Positions 9,671-18,370 of a stretch of 64,000 nucleotides of DNA are shown one piece after another (position 1 is the first letter of the stretch; each line of letters opens with the position of its first letter). The translations under genes were made by a program, and so were the position numbers. The notes under the pieces were generated by a model, which made no database searches, had not been told where the DNA came from, and was given only the letters and a program-made list of their open reading frames with translations. The stretch comes from Acidobacteriota bacterium (lineage in GTDB: Bacteria > Acidobacteriota > UBA6911 > RPQK01 > JAJDTT01): positions 5,664,001-5,728,000 of the forward strand of contig OZ242374.1 in assembly GCA_965209055.1 (NCBI GenBank), given 5' to 3'.

Positions 9671-12289
9671 TCAGTGGTTCTCGGCGAACTCCCGCGAACT
9701 GAGGACGGCCCACTGGAGATCCCGAAGGGCCTGCTCGCGGCTGGTCGTCCGCGCGATCAGCCCCGAAAGCTCTTCCGACTCGGACGGTGTCGGAAACCGG
9801 GAAAAGGCGGCCAGGTAGAGATCTTCGACAATCTCCCCGTCCGACGCTCCCTGCCGGAACAGGTCGTAGACGCGCGACCCTTCCGTCCACAGCTTTTCGT
9901 TGTAGGTCGATCCCGCCAGGATGTGCAGCGCTTGCCTCAGCATCGGTTCCGAGTCCCGCTCCGGCACTGAAAAGCGGGTGGGGCGGCCGTAGATATCCAG
10001 GAACGAAGAGGCGTAGACGTCCGGTTCCTTCAGGTGAATCGCACGGGTTCCCTTGGGAGCCGCGCCATCGGTCCTGACGCTGGCGAAGGCGGGCACGGGG
10101 AAATGTTCCGGGACGCCGGTGACGTCGCAGATGGCGTCGAGCAGGATTTCGGCCTCCAGGGGCCGGGAAGGCGCGTGAGCGTAGATCGCCCGGCCGGCCG
10201 GTTGCGACCCTCGTGTCGTACTGGAGAGTTGATAGGTCCTCGAGCTCACGATCAGCCGGAACAGTTGTTTCAGGTCGTAGCCGTTGTCGGCGAAGTATTG
10301 GGCCAACTGCCTCAGCAGTTGGGGATGGGTGGGAGGATTGTTGCTCCGGAAATCGTCCACCGGCTCCACCAGGCCCCGGTCGAAGAAGTAGCTCCACATC
10401 CGGTTGACGGCGGCTTCCGCAAAGTAGGGATGGGAGGTGGCCCACTTGGCCAGTTCGCCGCGCGGGTAGTTCGTCGGAGTGTGCGCCACCCGGGTCCCGT
10501 CCAGCAGCACCGGATCGACCACTTCCCCGGTGCGCGGGTGCAACACCCGCAGGTCCTTGGGACTGGGGACGTCGGCGGCCACTTCCGTCCCGTTGGGATG
10601 ATCGAAAATCACCGATTCGGGATTGGCGCCCAGCTTGAACATGGAGCCGAAGAAGGCCGTCATTCCCCAGAACTGGTTCTGGGTCCAGCGTTCGTAGGGA
10701 TGGTCATGGCATTGAGCGCAATCCAACCGGCGCCCCATGAAGACCCGGACCTGCTCGCCCATCATGTTCTCCGGGGGCGGCACCACCAGGTAGGGCAGAT
10801 AGTGGCGGGACGGGGCGCTGTAACCCTGTGACGACATGCGCTCGCGGGCCACTTCGTCGTAGGGCCGGTTGCGCTCCACGGCGTCCCGGATCCACTCCCA
10901 ATACGACTGGCTCCACTTGGGATTGATGCCCAGGACGAAGACCGACACCCGGAACAGGTCGGCGAAACGGAAGGTCCAGTAGTCCACGTACTCGGGAGAA
11001 TCCAGCAGGGCCTCCACCAGCTTCTCGCGCTTTTGCGGGTCCGGATCCGCCAGGAACTCCTTGACCCGGGCCACGGGGGGGATCCGCCCGGTCAGGTCGA
11101 GGCAGACCCGCCGCAGGAACTCGGAGTCGCTCGACAGCTCCGCGGGGACGATGTTGAACCGGCGGAGCTTGGAGAAGATCCGTTCATCGATGAAATTCCG
11201 TGCCTGGAGGTCCGGGTAGTCGGCCACACGGTCCGCCACCACCCCGACGGTCCCCAGGACCTCATGGCCCGCGCCCCGCACCAGGATCGCCGTCTCGCCT
11301 CCGTTGCGAGCCTTCACCAGGCCGCTGGGAGAAATATCGGCCACGGAGCCGTGATTCACGTCGAACCGGACCCGTCTCGTGTAATCCTCCACGCTTCCGT
11401 CCGACAGGTGGGCGCTCACCACCAGTTGCTGCTCTTCTCCCTGCCGCAGGACGGTCTCCCGTGGAAACAACTCCATCCGGACGGCCTTGACCCGTTTCGA
11501 GTCCTTCTCGCCGTAGGGGGAACCCCTTTGGACCCAGTCCAGGAGGAGGGCGTATTCCCTGGACTCCTGGTCGATTCTCGGGCCCCCGACGTGGGGAACC
11601 TGCATTGTGGGTTTCTGCAACAGCAGGCTCTTGTCCGGTTCTTTCAGGTTGACACGGGGGATTTTCGGATCGCCGGGCTCGTCGGTGAGGACCTGGTACA
11701 TTCCGCCCTGTACGATCCAGTCGTAGTCCTGCCGCGGGTGCGACGCGTTCATGGACAGCTTGAATCCACCCCGGCCCTTCAGGCCGGAGTGGCACTCCGT
11801 CTGGTTGCAGCCGCGGCGGGTCAGAATGGAGAGGACGTCCCGGGAGAAGTGAAACGGTCTCGTCCACCCCGAGTCCTCCACCCGCAGCCGGGACCTGGCT
11901 TCCAACTGCCCCACGACCGCCACCACCTCCGTTTCGCCGTCAGCGACGGCGGCGAAACGTCCCCGCTCCCCGGCCCGAGCGACCTTGGGGTCCGAGAGCG
12001 AAAACGACGCCTGGTCCGTCAGGTCCTTGCGGCTGCCGTCGGCCAGCGTCCCCGTCACGACGTATTGCTGGCTGGCGTTTCCGCCCCTCAGGATCCGTTC
12101 TTCCGGATAGAGGTGCAGACTGACGACGGCAGCGTCGAACGAAGCTTCGGCTGCCGTACCAGTGGAGGCGGAAGACGCACGCGCGTGGACCGTCGCTTCC
12201 GCGGGGAAAGCCATTACAGCCGCCAGACACACGGCCCACCGGAGGCCGCGCCATGCAATCCGACCAAGCGATTCCCAGACGGCTTTCAT
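9671..12289 (-). CDS. DUF1549/DUF1553 domain protein with Ig-like (Big_2) repeats
   Basis: NFIDERIFSKL, EFLRRVCLDLTG, CAQCHDHP, VNRMW, VEPVDD, NPPTHP; N-terminal signal peptide. Confidence 0.9.
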   Translation of the reverse strand: MKAVWESLGRIAWRGLRWAVCLAAVMAFPAEATVHARASSASTGTAAEASFDAAVVSLHLYPEERILRGGNASQQYVVTGTLADGSRKDLTDQASFSLSDPKVARAGERGRFAAVADGETEVVAVVGQLEARSRLRVEDSGWTRPFHFSRDVLSILTRRGCNQTECHSGLKGRGGFKLSMNASHPRQDYDWIVQGGMYQVLTDEPGDPKIPRVNLKEPDKSLLLQKPTMQVPHVGGPRIDQESREYALLLDWVQRGSPYGEKDSKRVKAVRMELFPRETVLRQGEEQQLVVSAHLSDGSVEDYTRRVRFDVNHGSVADISPSGLVKARNGGETAILVRGAGHEVLGTVGVVADRVADYPDLQARNFIDERIFSKLRRFNIVPAELSSDSEFLRRVCLDLTGRIPPVARVKEFLADPDPQKREKLVEALLDSPEYVDYWTFRFADLFRVSVFVLGINPKWSQSYWEWIRDAVERNRPYDEVARERMSSQGYSAPSRHYLPYLVVPPPENMMGEQVRVFMGRRLDCAQCHDHPYERWTQNQFWGMTAFFGSMFKLGANPESVIFDHPNGTEVAADVPSPKDLRVLHPRTGEVVDPVLLDGTRVAHTPTNYPRGELAKWATSHPYFAEAAVNRMWSYFFDRGLVEPVDDFRSNNPPTHPQLLRQLAQYFADNGYDLKQLFRLIVSSRTYQLSSTTRGSQPAGRAIYAHAPSRPLEAEILLDAICDVTGVPEHFPVPAFASVRTDGAAPKGTRAIHLKEPDVYASSFLDIYGRPTRFSVPERDSEPMLRQALHILAGSTYNEKLWTEGSRVYDLFRQGASDGEIVEDLYLAAFSRFPTPSESEELSGLIARTTSREQALRDLQWAVLSSREFAENH

Positions 12290-12293
12290 TCCC

Positions 12294-14111
12294 TCATTCC
12301 TCTCGGTGCGCCTCCCTCGCCGCGAGCACCATGACGAACAACTCCTTGACCGGGGTGACGGGGCCCAGAAGACCCTCCACCACGGGTTGAGCCGAGACCC
12401 GGACCTTGACCGGCCGGGGGGTCTCGGGCGCGTCGGGCGAGGCGACCAGCACGAACGTCGCCTTCTTGTTTTGGGCCACGTACCGTTCTTCCCGGCCCCG
12501 GTTGATGGCCGGCGGCGTGACCGGCTCGGTCTCGGTGGCGGTCACCGTCTCGACACCGGGAGGAAGGCCCTCCATGGTGAGCATGATGGCGCCCTCGAAG
12601 CCCTCCTCCTGATCGGTGATCACACTCAGCCTGCCGGCTCGTCCCGCCTCCAGGTTCAGCACCTCGTTCTCGATGTGGACCTTCCCCATGTGGGGAACCT
12701 GGGGACGAACCATCACCCGATACCTCATTTCCGCGTCCCCGTAGGTCGCCGTGATGTCACGGATTTCCAGCGTGAACTCGCCTGCCCTGGGGAAGGCATG
12801 GGTGGTCTTGGGATGAATCTGCTTCTGGATTTCAGAATTCGAGTTGAGGATGGAATGGACGTTGGTCAGAACCTCCACTCCGTCGGCATCGACCAGTTTC
12901 AGGTAAGGGTTGAACAGCGGGACCGTCTTGCCGGGGGTCTCCACCTCCAGCACGATGCGGTCTCCCACCGCAGCGGAAAAACGGACGCGATGGATCTCGC
13001 CCGGACGCTGAATCACTCCCGTGAGCAGGGTGGGCAGAGTGATTCGGGCCGGCTCCGTTCCCGGCGGCTGCCCGCCGTCCAGAGAAACCAGGGGGATGGG
13101 AGCGAAAGGATCGGGTTTCGCGCCGGGAGCGGGTTCGCCCGTCTCGGAATCGGATTCTCCCCCGGGCCGGGAGGCCAGCGACGGCACGGCCCGGGTCCAC
13201 AAGGTCTTCATGCGGTCGGTCGCCAACTTGCGGGTCCAACTGCGCTCCTCCCAATTCGCGGCAGCCGGGTCCGGACCCTGCGCGGACCCGGCGGGCTTCC
13301 CTCGATCCTGCGCCGGGACGACCCGCAGAACATAAGCGTGGTCGGGGCTGGCAGTGCCCATGAAACTGCTGACCCGGACGAAGTAGGTGCCCGCTTCATC
13401 GAACCGGTGGCTCAAAGCCGGCTCGGCGCTCGACCCCGGATAGAAAACGTCTTCGTCGTTGAATGCGATTCGCCGGGTTCCCTTGGGATCGAACCAGCCG
13501 CCGGACCTCTCGTAGAGAGTGATGGCCGGGTCCAGAGCCGGACTGGAGACGACCTGGAACCGCAGACTCGTCCCCTGCGGCGCGTGGAACGAGTAGTCGT
13601 CCACCTCGCCCCGCCGGGTAATCCGGCCGTGAACGGCCAGGGGATATCCCTTCAGGGCCTGGGCTCCGTCCGGAAGCTCATGAGCGCTCTCCGCTTCCAT
13701 TTGAGTGGCTTCCCGGTGCACCCAGAAGGGGAGCGAGTTGGAGAGACCTCCTGGAGTCACGACACGCAACCGCCGCTCTCCGGGCTTTTCGTTCGGATCG
13801 ATGGAGACCCGGAGGGACAGCCGATCCGCGCCGGATTCGGGCGACGTTTCGGTCCCGGCTTTTTCCTCATCCTTCGCCTCGGCACTCACGATCTCGGCAT
13901 TCAGTCCCGGCGAGTCGAACCAGACCGCTCGCGCGGAAGCCAATTGCTCGCCCCGAACTGTGACCCGGACCTGAGCGCCGGGCCGTCCTCCCAGGGGAAA
14001 AAGGGAAGACAGGTTCGGCTCGGGAAGGGGTCCGGCGTTGCCGGAATTACCCGGAAGCGCGATGAAAACCGTCAGCAAGGCGGCCGACAGACCCCCGGAA
14101 GAGCGAAGCAT
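12294..14111 (-). CDS. Secreted PPC/Ig-like domain protein of DUF1501-DUF1553 clusters
   Basis: FPLGGRPG, GGLSNSLPF, GEVDDYSF, pre-peptidase-C-like repeats; gene context; start estimated. Confidence 0.75.
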   Translation of the reverse strand: MLRSSGGLSAALLTVFIALPGNSGNAGPLPEPNLSSLFPLGGRPGAQVRVTVRGEQLASARAVWFDSPGLNAEIVSAEAKDEEKAGTETSPESGADRLSLRVSIDPNEKPGERRLRVVTPGGLSNSLPFWVHREATQMEAESAHELPDGAQALKGYPLAVHGRITRRGEVDDYSFHAPQGTSLRFQVVSSPALDPAITLYERSGGWFDPKGTRRIAFNDEDVFYPGSSAEPALSHRFDEAGTYFVRVSSFMGTASPDHAYVLRVVPAQDRGKPAGSAQGPDPAAANWEERSWTRKLATDRMKTLWTRAVPSLASRPGGESDSETGEPAPGAKPDPFAPIPLVSLDGGQPPGTEPARITLPTLLTGVIQRPGEIHRVRFSAAVGDRIVLEVETPGKTVPLFNPYLKLVDADGVEVLTNVHSILNSNSEIQKQIHPKTTHAFPRAGEFTLEIRDITATYGDAEMRYRVMVRPQVPHMGKVHIENEVLNLEAGRAGRLSVITDQEEGFEGAIMLTMEGLPPGVETVTATETEPVTPPAINRGREERYVAQNKKATFVLVASPDAPETPRPVKVRVSAQPVVEGLLGPVTPVKELFVMVLAAREAHREE

Positions 14112-14370
14112 GTCCGGAACTTGCAGACCTGTACCGCCGAATTTCACTTGGATGCGACCCCGCCGAAGCTTCTCTTTTCCGGCCGATTTTATTGATTCGT
14201 CCGGCCTTGAGTCAATTTGGCGGCGGTGTGGCCGATGAAACATCGGACCCGCTCATTCGTTTTATGGGGATGTGTGGAGCGAGGAGAAACCCACAAGGCG
14301 AATGTCGGGAAACGGCGCCGACGCCTCATCGGGGGCCGGCGCGTCACCCAAGGAAGGAGCGAGTAACGTC

Positions 14371-15180
14371 ATGAGCATCAAACAACCCAAGTTCTGGATC
14401 GTCGGGCTGCTGGGAGTCACCCTTCTGGGAGGCACCCTCGCCGCTCTCCACAATCAACAGGCCGGACCCGGGCGCAGGGCTTTCCGATCGGGTGGCCTTC
14501 CTCCCGAACGGGCGCTGAAGCGGCTGGGATTGACCGAGGAGCAGATGGCGGAGGTCAAGAAGCTGCGAGAGAGCCACAAGGCCACCATGTCCTCTCTCCG
14601 GGAAAAGGGAGCCGGCATCCGGACCCAACTGCGGGAACAACTGGGGACGGAGGAGTCTTCCGCCTCCCAGGTCGGCGAACTCGTCAAAGAGGGGCACGAC
14701 ATTCGGCAGCAGATTCGGGAGGCGCGGCAAGCCATGCGGAAATCTTTTTCCGATCTGCTGACGGCGGAACAAAAGGAGAAGATCGGGAAAGCACGGGGGC
14801 GCGGGGCTCGCCGACGGTCCGCGCTGCCTCCCCACCGGGCTCTGAAACGGCTGGGCCTGACCGAGGAGCAGATGGCCGAGGTCAAGAAGCTGCGAGAGAG
14901 CCACAAGGCCGCCATGTCCTCTCTCCGGGAGAAGGCAGCCGGCATCCGGACCCAACTGAGGGAACAACTGGAGATGGAGGTGTCTTCGCCCGCCAAGGTC
15001 GGTGAACTCGTCATCGAGGGGCGTGACGTGAGGCAGCAGATTCAGGAGGCGCATAAATCCGCGCGAGAGTCATTCTCCGCGCTGCTGACGCCGGGACAGT
15101 TGAAGCAGATCGAGAAGTTCCGCGACCGGAGAGGGCGACCCGGAGCTCGCCGCGGACACCGCCCCGGCTGGAGACTATGA
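14371..15180 (+). CDS. Spy/CpxP (LTXXQ) family periplasmic protein with two domains
   Basis: Signal peptide; LGLTEEQ...LLTAEQ and LGLTEEQ...LLTPGQ units with 327-bp period; GGAG RBS. Confidence 0.85.
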   Translation: MSIKQPKFWIVGLLGVTLLGGTLAALHNQQAGPGRRAFRSGGLPPERALKRLGLTEEQMAEVKKLRESHKATMSSLREKGAGIRTQLREQLGTEESSASQVGELVKEGHDIRQQIREARQAMRKSFSDLLTAEQKEKIGKARGRGARRRSALPPHRALKRLGLTEEQMAEVKKLRESHKAAMSSLREKAAGIRTQLREQLEMEVSSPAKVGELVIEGRDVRQQIQEAHKSARESFSALLTPGQLKQIEKFRDRRGRPGARRGHRPGWRL

Positions 15181-15374
15181 TTCGAAGCCTGGTGGCCGCC
15201 GATCGACTGGTCGGCGGCCACCGGAGGCAGCCCGTCCCGCCTGCCCACGATCCCCTCCCTTCGAAACCCTCTTTTCACATTACGGCCTCGGCGACGGATC
15301 TACTGGCCGCACAAGGTATCGCGAGAGAGATCACCGGCAAGCGCCGCGGCCGTTTGCACGCGTACGACCGCTAA

Positions 15375-16564
15375 GGAAGGTCTGATTAAGTCCTCATATG
15401 GGGCGAAACAGACCTTGTATCCCTCCCTTTTTCGGATCCAGACGCTCTAACCTGGGATTTGCAACCCTGAATTGGTCTTGACCAAGCGATTGCGAGACGG
15501 TTTCCCCAGCCTCAAACACAGCCGTGCCGCATTCCGATCAGGCGGTCACACCGGAGCGCTCGGCGATCATCAGATTGGCGAATCCCACCAGCAGATAGAT
15601 CCGTTGGGTGTTTTTCGCCAGCCCGCGGTAGCGCACCTTGGCGTAGCCGAAATGCCGTTTCAGGTACCCGAACACATGTTCTGCCTTCGCCCGTACCGAT
15701 GCCTTACGCCGCTCGGCCAACGCCGCCTCACTCTCCGGCGACAGCTGCCAACGCTTCCCGGGCTTCATCATCACCTGCCAATCCACCGGCCGATCTCGAT
15801 TCTCCGACCGCTTCTGCACTCCCTGGTATCCGGAATCCCCCCAAACTTGCGACTCCGAGCCGTGCAGCAATTCGGAGGCCCGCGTCACGTCATGCTCGTT
15901 GGCCGGAGCCGTCACCACCGTGTGCGCCACCCCCGTCTGGGCGTCCACCCCCAGGTGGGCCTTCATTCCGAAATACCACTGTTTTCCCTTTTTCGTCTGG
16001 TGCATCTCCGGATCCCGCGCCCGATCCTTGTTTTTCGTCGAGGAAGGCGCCGCCAGGATACTCGCGTCCACGATCGTCCCCCGGCTCAGCCGCAGGCCTT
16101 GACGCTGCAGGTGAGAACCGATCTCCTCGAACAGCGCCTCCCCCAGACCATGCTCCTCCAGCCGATGACGGAACTTCAGAATCGTCGTCTCGTCCGGCAG
16201 CGGCCCTGTGAGCTTCAGACCCACGAACCGCCGCACCGACTCCACCTCGTAAAGCAGATCCTCCATCCCCGGATCGCTCAGGTTGTAAAACAACTGCACG
16301 CAGTGGATCCGCAGCATCGCCGAGAGCGGGTAGGGACGCCGGCCCCGTCCCGCTTTCGGGTAAAACGGCTCAATCCGGGCTTCCAACTGCTCCCACGGAA
16401 TCAACCCGTCCATGCGGACCAGAAACTTCTCCCGACGGGTCACCCGCTTCTTGGCGTCGTATTCCAGATCTGCGAACGTCCGTTGCGACATCGTCTTTCC
16501 CCCCACGCAGTGATGATGAAGGGATTATCGTGCAGAACGCTGACTCGACTTAATCAGACCTTCC
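15375..16564 (-). mobile_element. Complete IS5-family insertion sequence (1190 bp)
   Basis: Perfect 18-bp terminal inverted repeats GGAAGGTCTGATTAAGTC (15375-15392 and 16547-16564); CTAA target-site duplication (15371-15374 and 16565-16568). Confidence 0.96.
15538..16506 (-). CDS. IS5 family DDE transposase
   Basis: TRREKFL, MLRIHC, PDETTILKFRH, IVDAS, GMKAH, WGDSGY, RAKAEHVF, KVRYRGL. Confidence 0.96.
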   Translation of the reverse strand: MGGKTMSQRTFADLEYDAKKRVTRREKFLVRMDGLIPWEQLEARIEPFYPKAGRGRRPYPLSAMLRIHCVQLFYNLSDPGMEDLLYEVESVRRFVGLKLTGPLPDETTILKFRHRLEEHGLGEALFEEIGSHLQRQGLRLSRGTIVDASILAAPSSTKNKDRARDPEMHQTKKGKQWYFGMKAHLGVDAQTGVAHTVVTAPANEHDVTRASELLHGSESQVWGDSGYQGVQKRSENRDRPVDWQVMMKPGKRWQLSPESEAALAERRKASVRAKAEHVFGYLKRHFGYAKVRYRGLAKNTQRIYLLVGFANLMIAERSGVTA

Positions 16565-16600
16565 CTAACTTGCTATCCTCGGCGAAGGAGACGGGATTCC

Positions 16601-17242
16601 GTGACGCCAATACAGTTCGTGGAGACTCTGCGCGAACTGAGTCTTGAGAACACCTTCAACCCGTATTCCGAGCGTTGCGTCCGGTACGACCGCAACGACG
16701 CGCCGCAGCTTCGTTGTACGACGCTGCGTTCCATTTTGGAGGCAGCGGCGAAACGGGACGTCGATTTTCTCTGGATCGGCCGCGACCCCGGCCATCGGGG
16801 CGGGCGGCGGACGGGACTCGCCTTTACGGACGACGTCCACCTGCACGAGCACGCCGAACGCTGGGGCCTCTCGGTAAGGCGGCCGACAAGAGGCGAAAAA
16901 GTTTCTGAGCAGACCGCCACCGTCATCTGGAGGGCTCTCTCGCGAATCGAGTCATCGGTCTTCCTGTGGAATGTATTCCCCTTGCATCCGCACAGGCCGG
17001 GAAACCCCTTCAGCAACCGTCCTCACACCGCTGACGAGCGCAGAATCGGCGAGGAGTTTCTCGACGAACTCATCCGGCTCCTGCGGCCGCGCCGGCTGGT
17101 CGCCATCGGTAACGACGCGTCGAAAACGGCACGCCGCCTGGTCGATCGGAGGACGATCATTCAAGTGCGGCATCCCAGCCATGGAGGGCAGACGAAGTTT
17201 CTAACCCAGATCGACGGGCTGCACCAGTGGTGCAAGGGATGA
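16601..17242 (+). CDS. Uracil-DNA glycosylase superfamily protein (UDG-like)
   Basis: IGRDPGHRGGRRTG motif A, WNVFPLHP, SNRP, VAIGN, RHPSHGG motif B; GTGA overlap with the Fic remnant stop. Confidence 0.85.
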   Translation: MTPIQFVETLRELSLENTFNPYSERCVRYDRNDAPQLRCTTLRSILEAAAKRDVDFLWIGRDPGHRGGRRTGLAFTDDVHLHEHAERWGLSVRRPTRGEKVSEQTATVIWRALSRIESSVFLWNVFPLHPHRPGNPFSNRPHTADERRIGEEFLDELIRLLRPRRLVAIGNDASKTARRLVDRRTIIQVRHPSHGGQTKFLTQIDGLHQWCKG

Positions 17243-17336
17243 CTCCTTACTAACAGCGACTCATTCTTTCGACCTTGAGAGGAGCCCCGCCCCGGCATCC
17301 TATGAGTCAAAGGGATTTTGAAACTGTGGGATCAAC

Positions 17337-17606
17337 GTGAGGACAATCACCGTGTCCGTGGACGAAGAAACTTACCGGCGCTGCCAGATCAAGGCAGCAG
17401 AAGCAGGAACCTCGAACTCGGCACTGGTCCAGGCCGACTTGGTTCGACTGGCACAAGGCCGCATTTCCGAGAACCGATTTGACCGGCTATGTCGGCTGCA
17501 AGACGACTCATTAAAGTTGATCCACGCTCGCGGTGCCGGCTTGGACTCCGCCGACAACCTTTCGCGGAATGCACTTCACGAGCGCATGCAGGTGGGGGAT
17601 GATTGA
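17337..17606 (+). CDS. Ribbon-helix-helix (CopG-like) antitoxin-like protein with no adjacent toxin
   Basis: MRTITVSVDEETYRRCQIKAAEAGTS.SALV, C-terminal LSRNALHER typical of VapB-like antitoxins. Confidence 0.6.
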   Translation: MRTITVSVDEETYRRCQIKAAEAGTSNSALVQADLVRLAQGRISENRFDRLCRLQDDSLKLIHARGAGLDSADNLSRNALHERMQVGDD

Positions 17607-17614
17607 AGAGTGGG

Positions 17615-17640
17615 AAAAGGGGGGGCAGGAAAGGCCCCCC
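17615..17640 (-). terminator. Intrinsic terminator downstream of the duplicated gene end
   Basis: Minus strand GGGGGGC-loop-GCCCCCC stem followed by a short T run. Confidence 0.55.
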
Positions 17641-17650
17641 TCCTGACGTC

Positions 17651-18247
17651 CTAATGAAACTGCAGCGAGAAGAGGTCGCCGTCGCGGATTTCGATTTTCA
17701 TTCGCACGGTCTGACCGGCCAGGGCGGACAGGTCGGAGCCGCCCTTCCACTTGACGGTCCGCTGCAGCTCGTCGCCGAAGATCAGCTTGCAATCGTCCAG
17801 GCCGTAGCCCTCCAGGGGATCTCCCCGCTGGTCCTGGATCTCGACCCGGAGGCTCCCCGCGGCCGAGGTGGAGTAGTTCAGCGTGAGCCGGGAGCCTGAG
17901 AAGCGGAAGGGCCGGGACCGGACCGATCCGCCCTCGAAGTTGCCCTGCAGCGAGACGAACCCGTCTTCCCGCAGCACGCCGCGCCGAATCTTGACCGACT
18001 GGGTTCCGTAGTTCTCAATGAAGTAGAGGGACATCTCCCCGTCGCCGGTGGGAACCAGCGTCGGTCCCACCTCGATGGCCCTGCCGTGCCAGTTCCGGAT
18101 ATCTCGCCCGGGACGGATGAAGGCCTCGCGAAAATGGGTGAACGTGATGCCGTCCCGGCTGAACATGAAGACGATGTCCGAGAGGCCGGCGCAACCGTAG
18201 ATCCAGGTGATGCCCGGCACCTCCATGCTGGAGCAGTCGGGCTCGTT
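17651..18247 (-). pseudogene. 5'-truncated duplicate of the 3' ~600 bp of gene 22263..23858
   Basis: PDCSSMEVPG...DGDLFSLQFH nearly identical to the C-terminus of the intact gene; similarity stops abruptly near 18247. Confidence 0.9.
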
Positions 18248-18370
18248 ATAGAGAGCATGTGGGAGACAGACGGTAGAATAATTGTATCCGACCTTGATCC
18301 GATTCGAGGTCGAGATTGCGGTGACCAGATCAGCAGGCCGTCTTCGTAACTCCATAGGGAGAATCGGAGC

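Larger units (their letters stand above)
15282..16604 (+). pseudogene. C-terminal remnant of a Fic-family protein, split by IS5
   Basis: Removing the IS and one CTAA gives TASATDLLAAQGIAREITGKRRGRLHAYDR*LAILGEGDGIP*, resembling the C-terminal tail of Fic proteins. Confidence 0.6.

Noticed and set aside
12162-14195. Long antisense ORFs (also 2644..4176, 23870..25996, 44138..45808, 53730..55610, 56074..57906)
   Set aside because: They are shadows of real genes on the opposite strand, expected at high GC, and show no protein motifs
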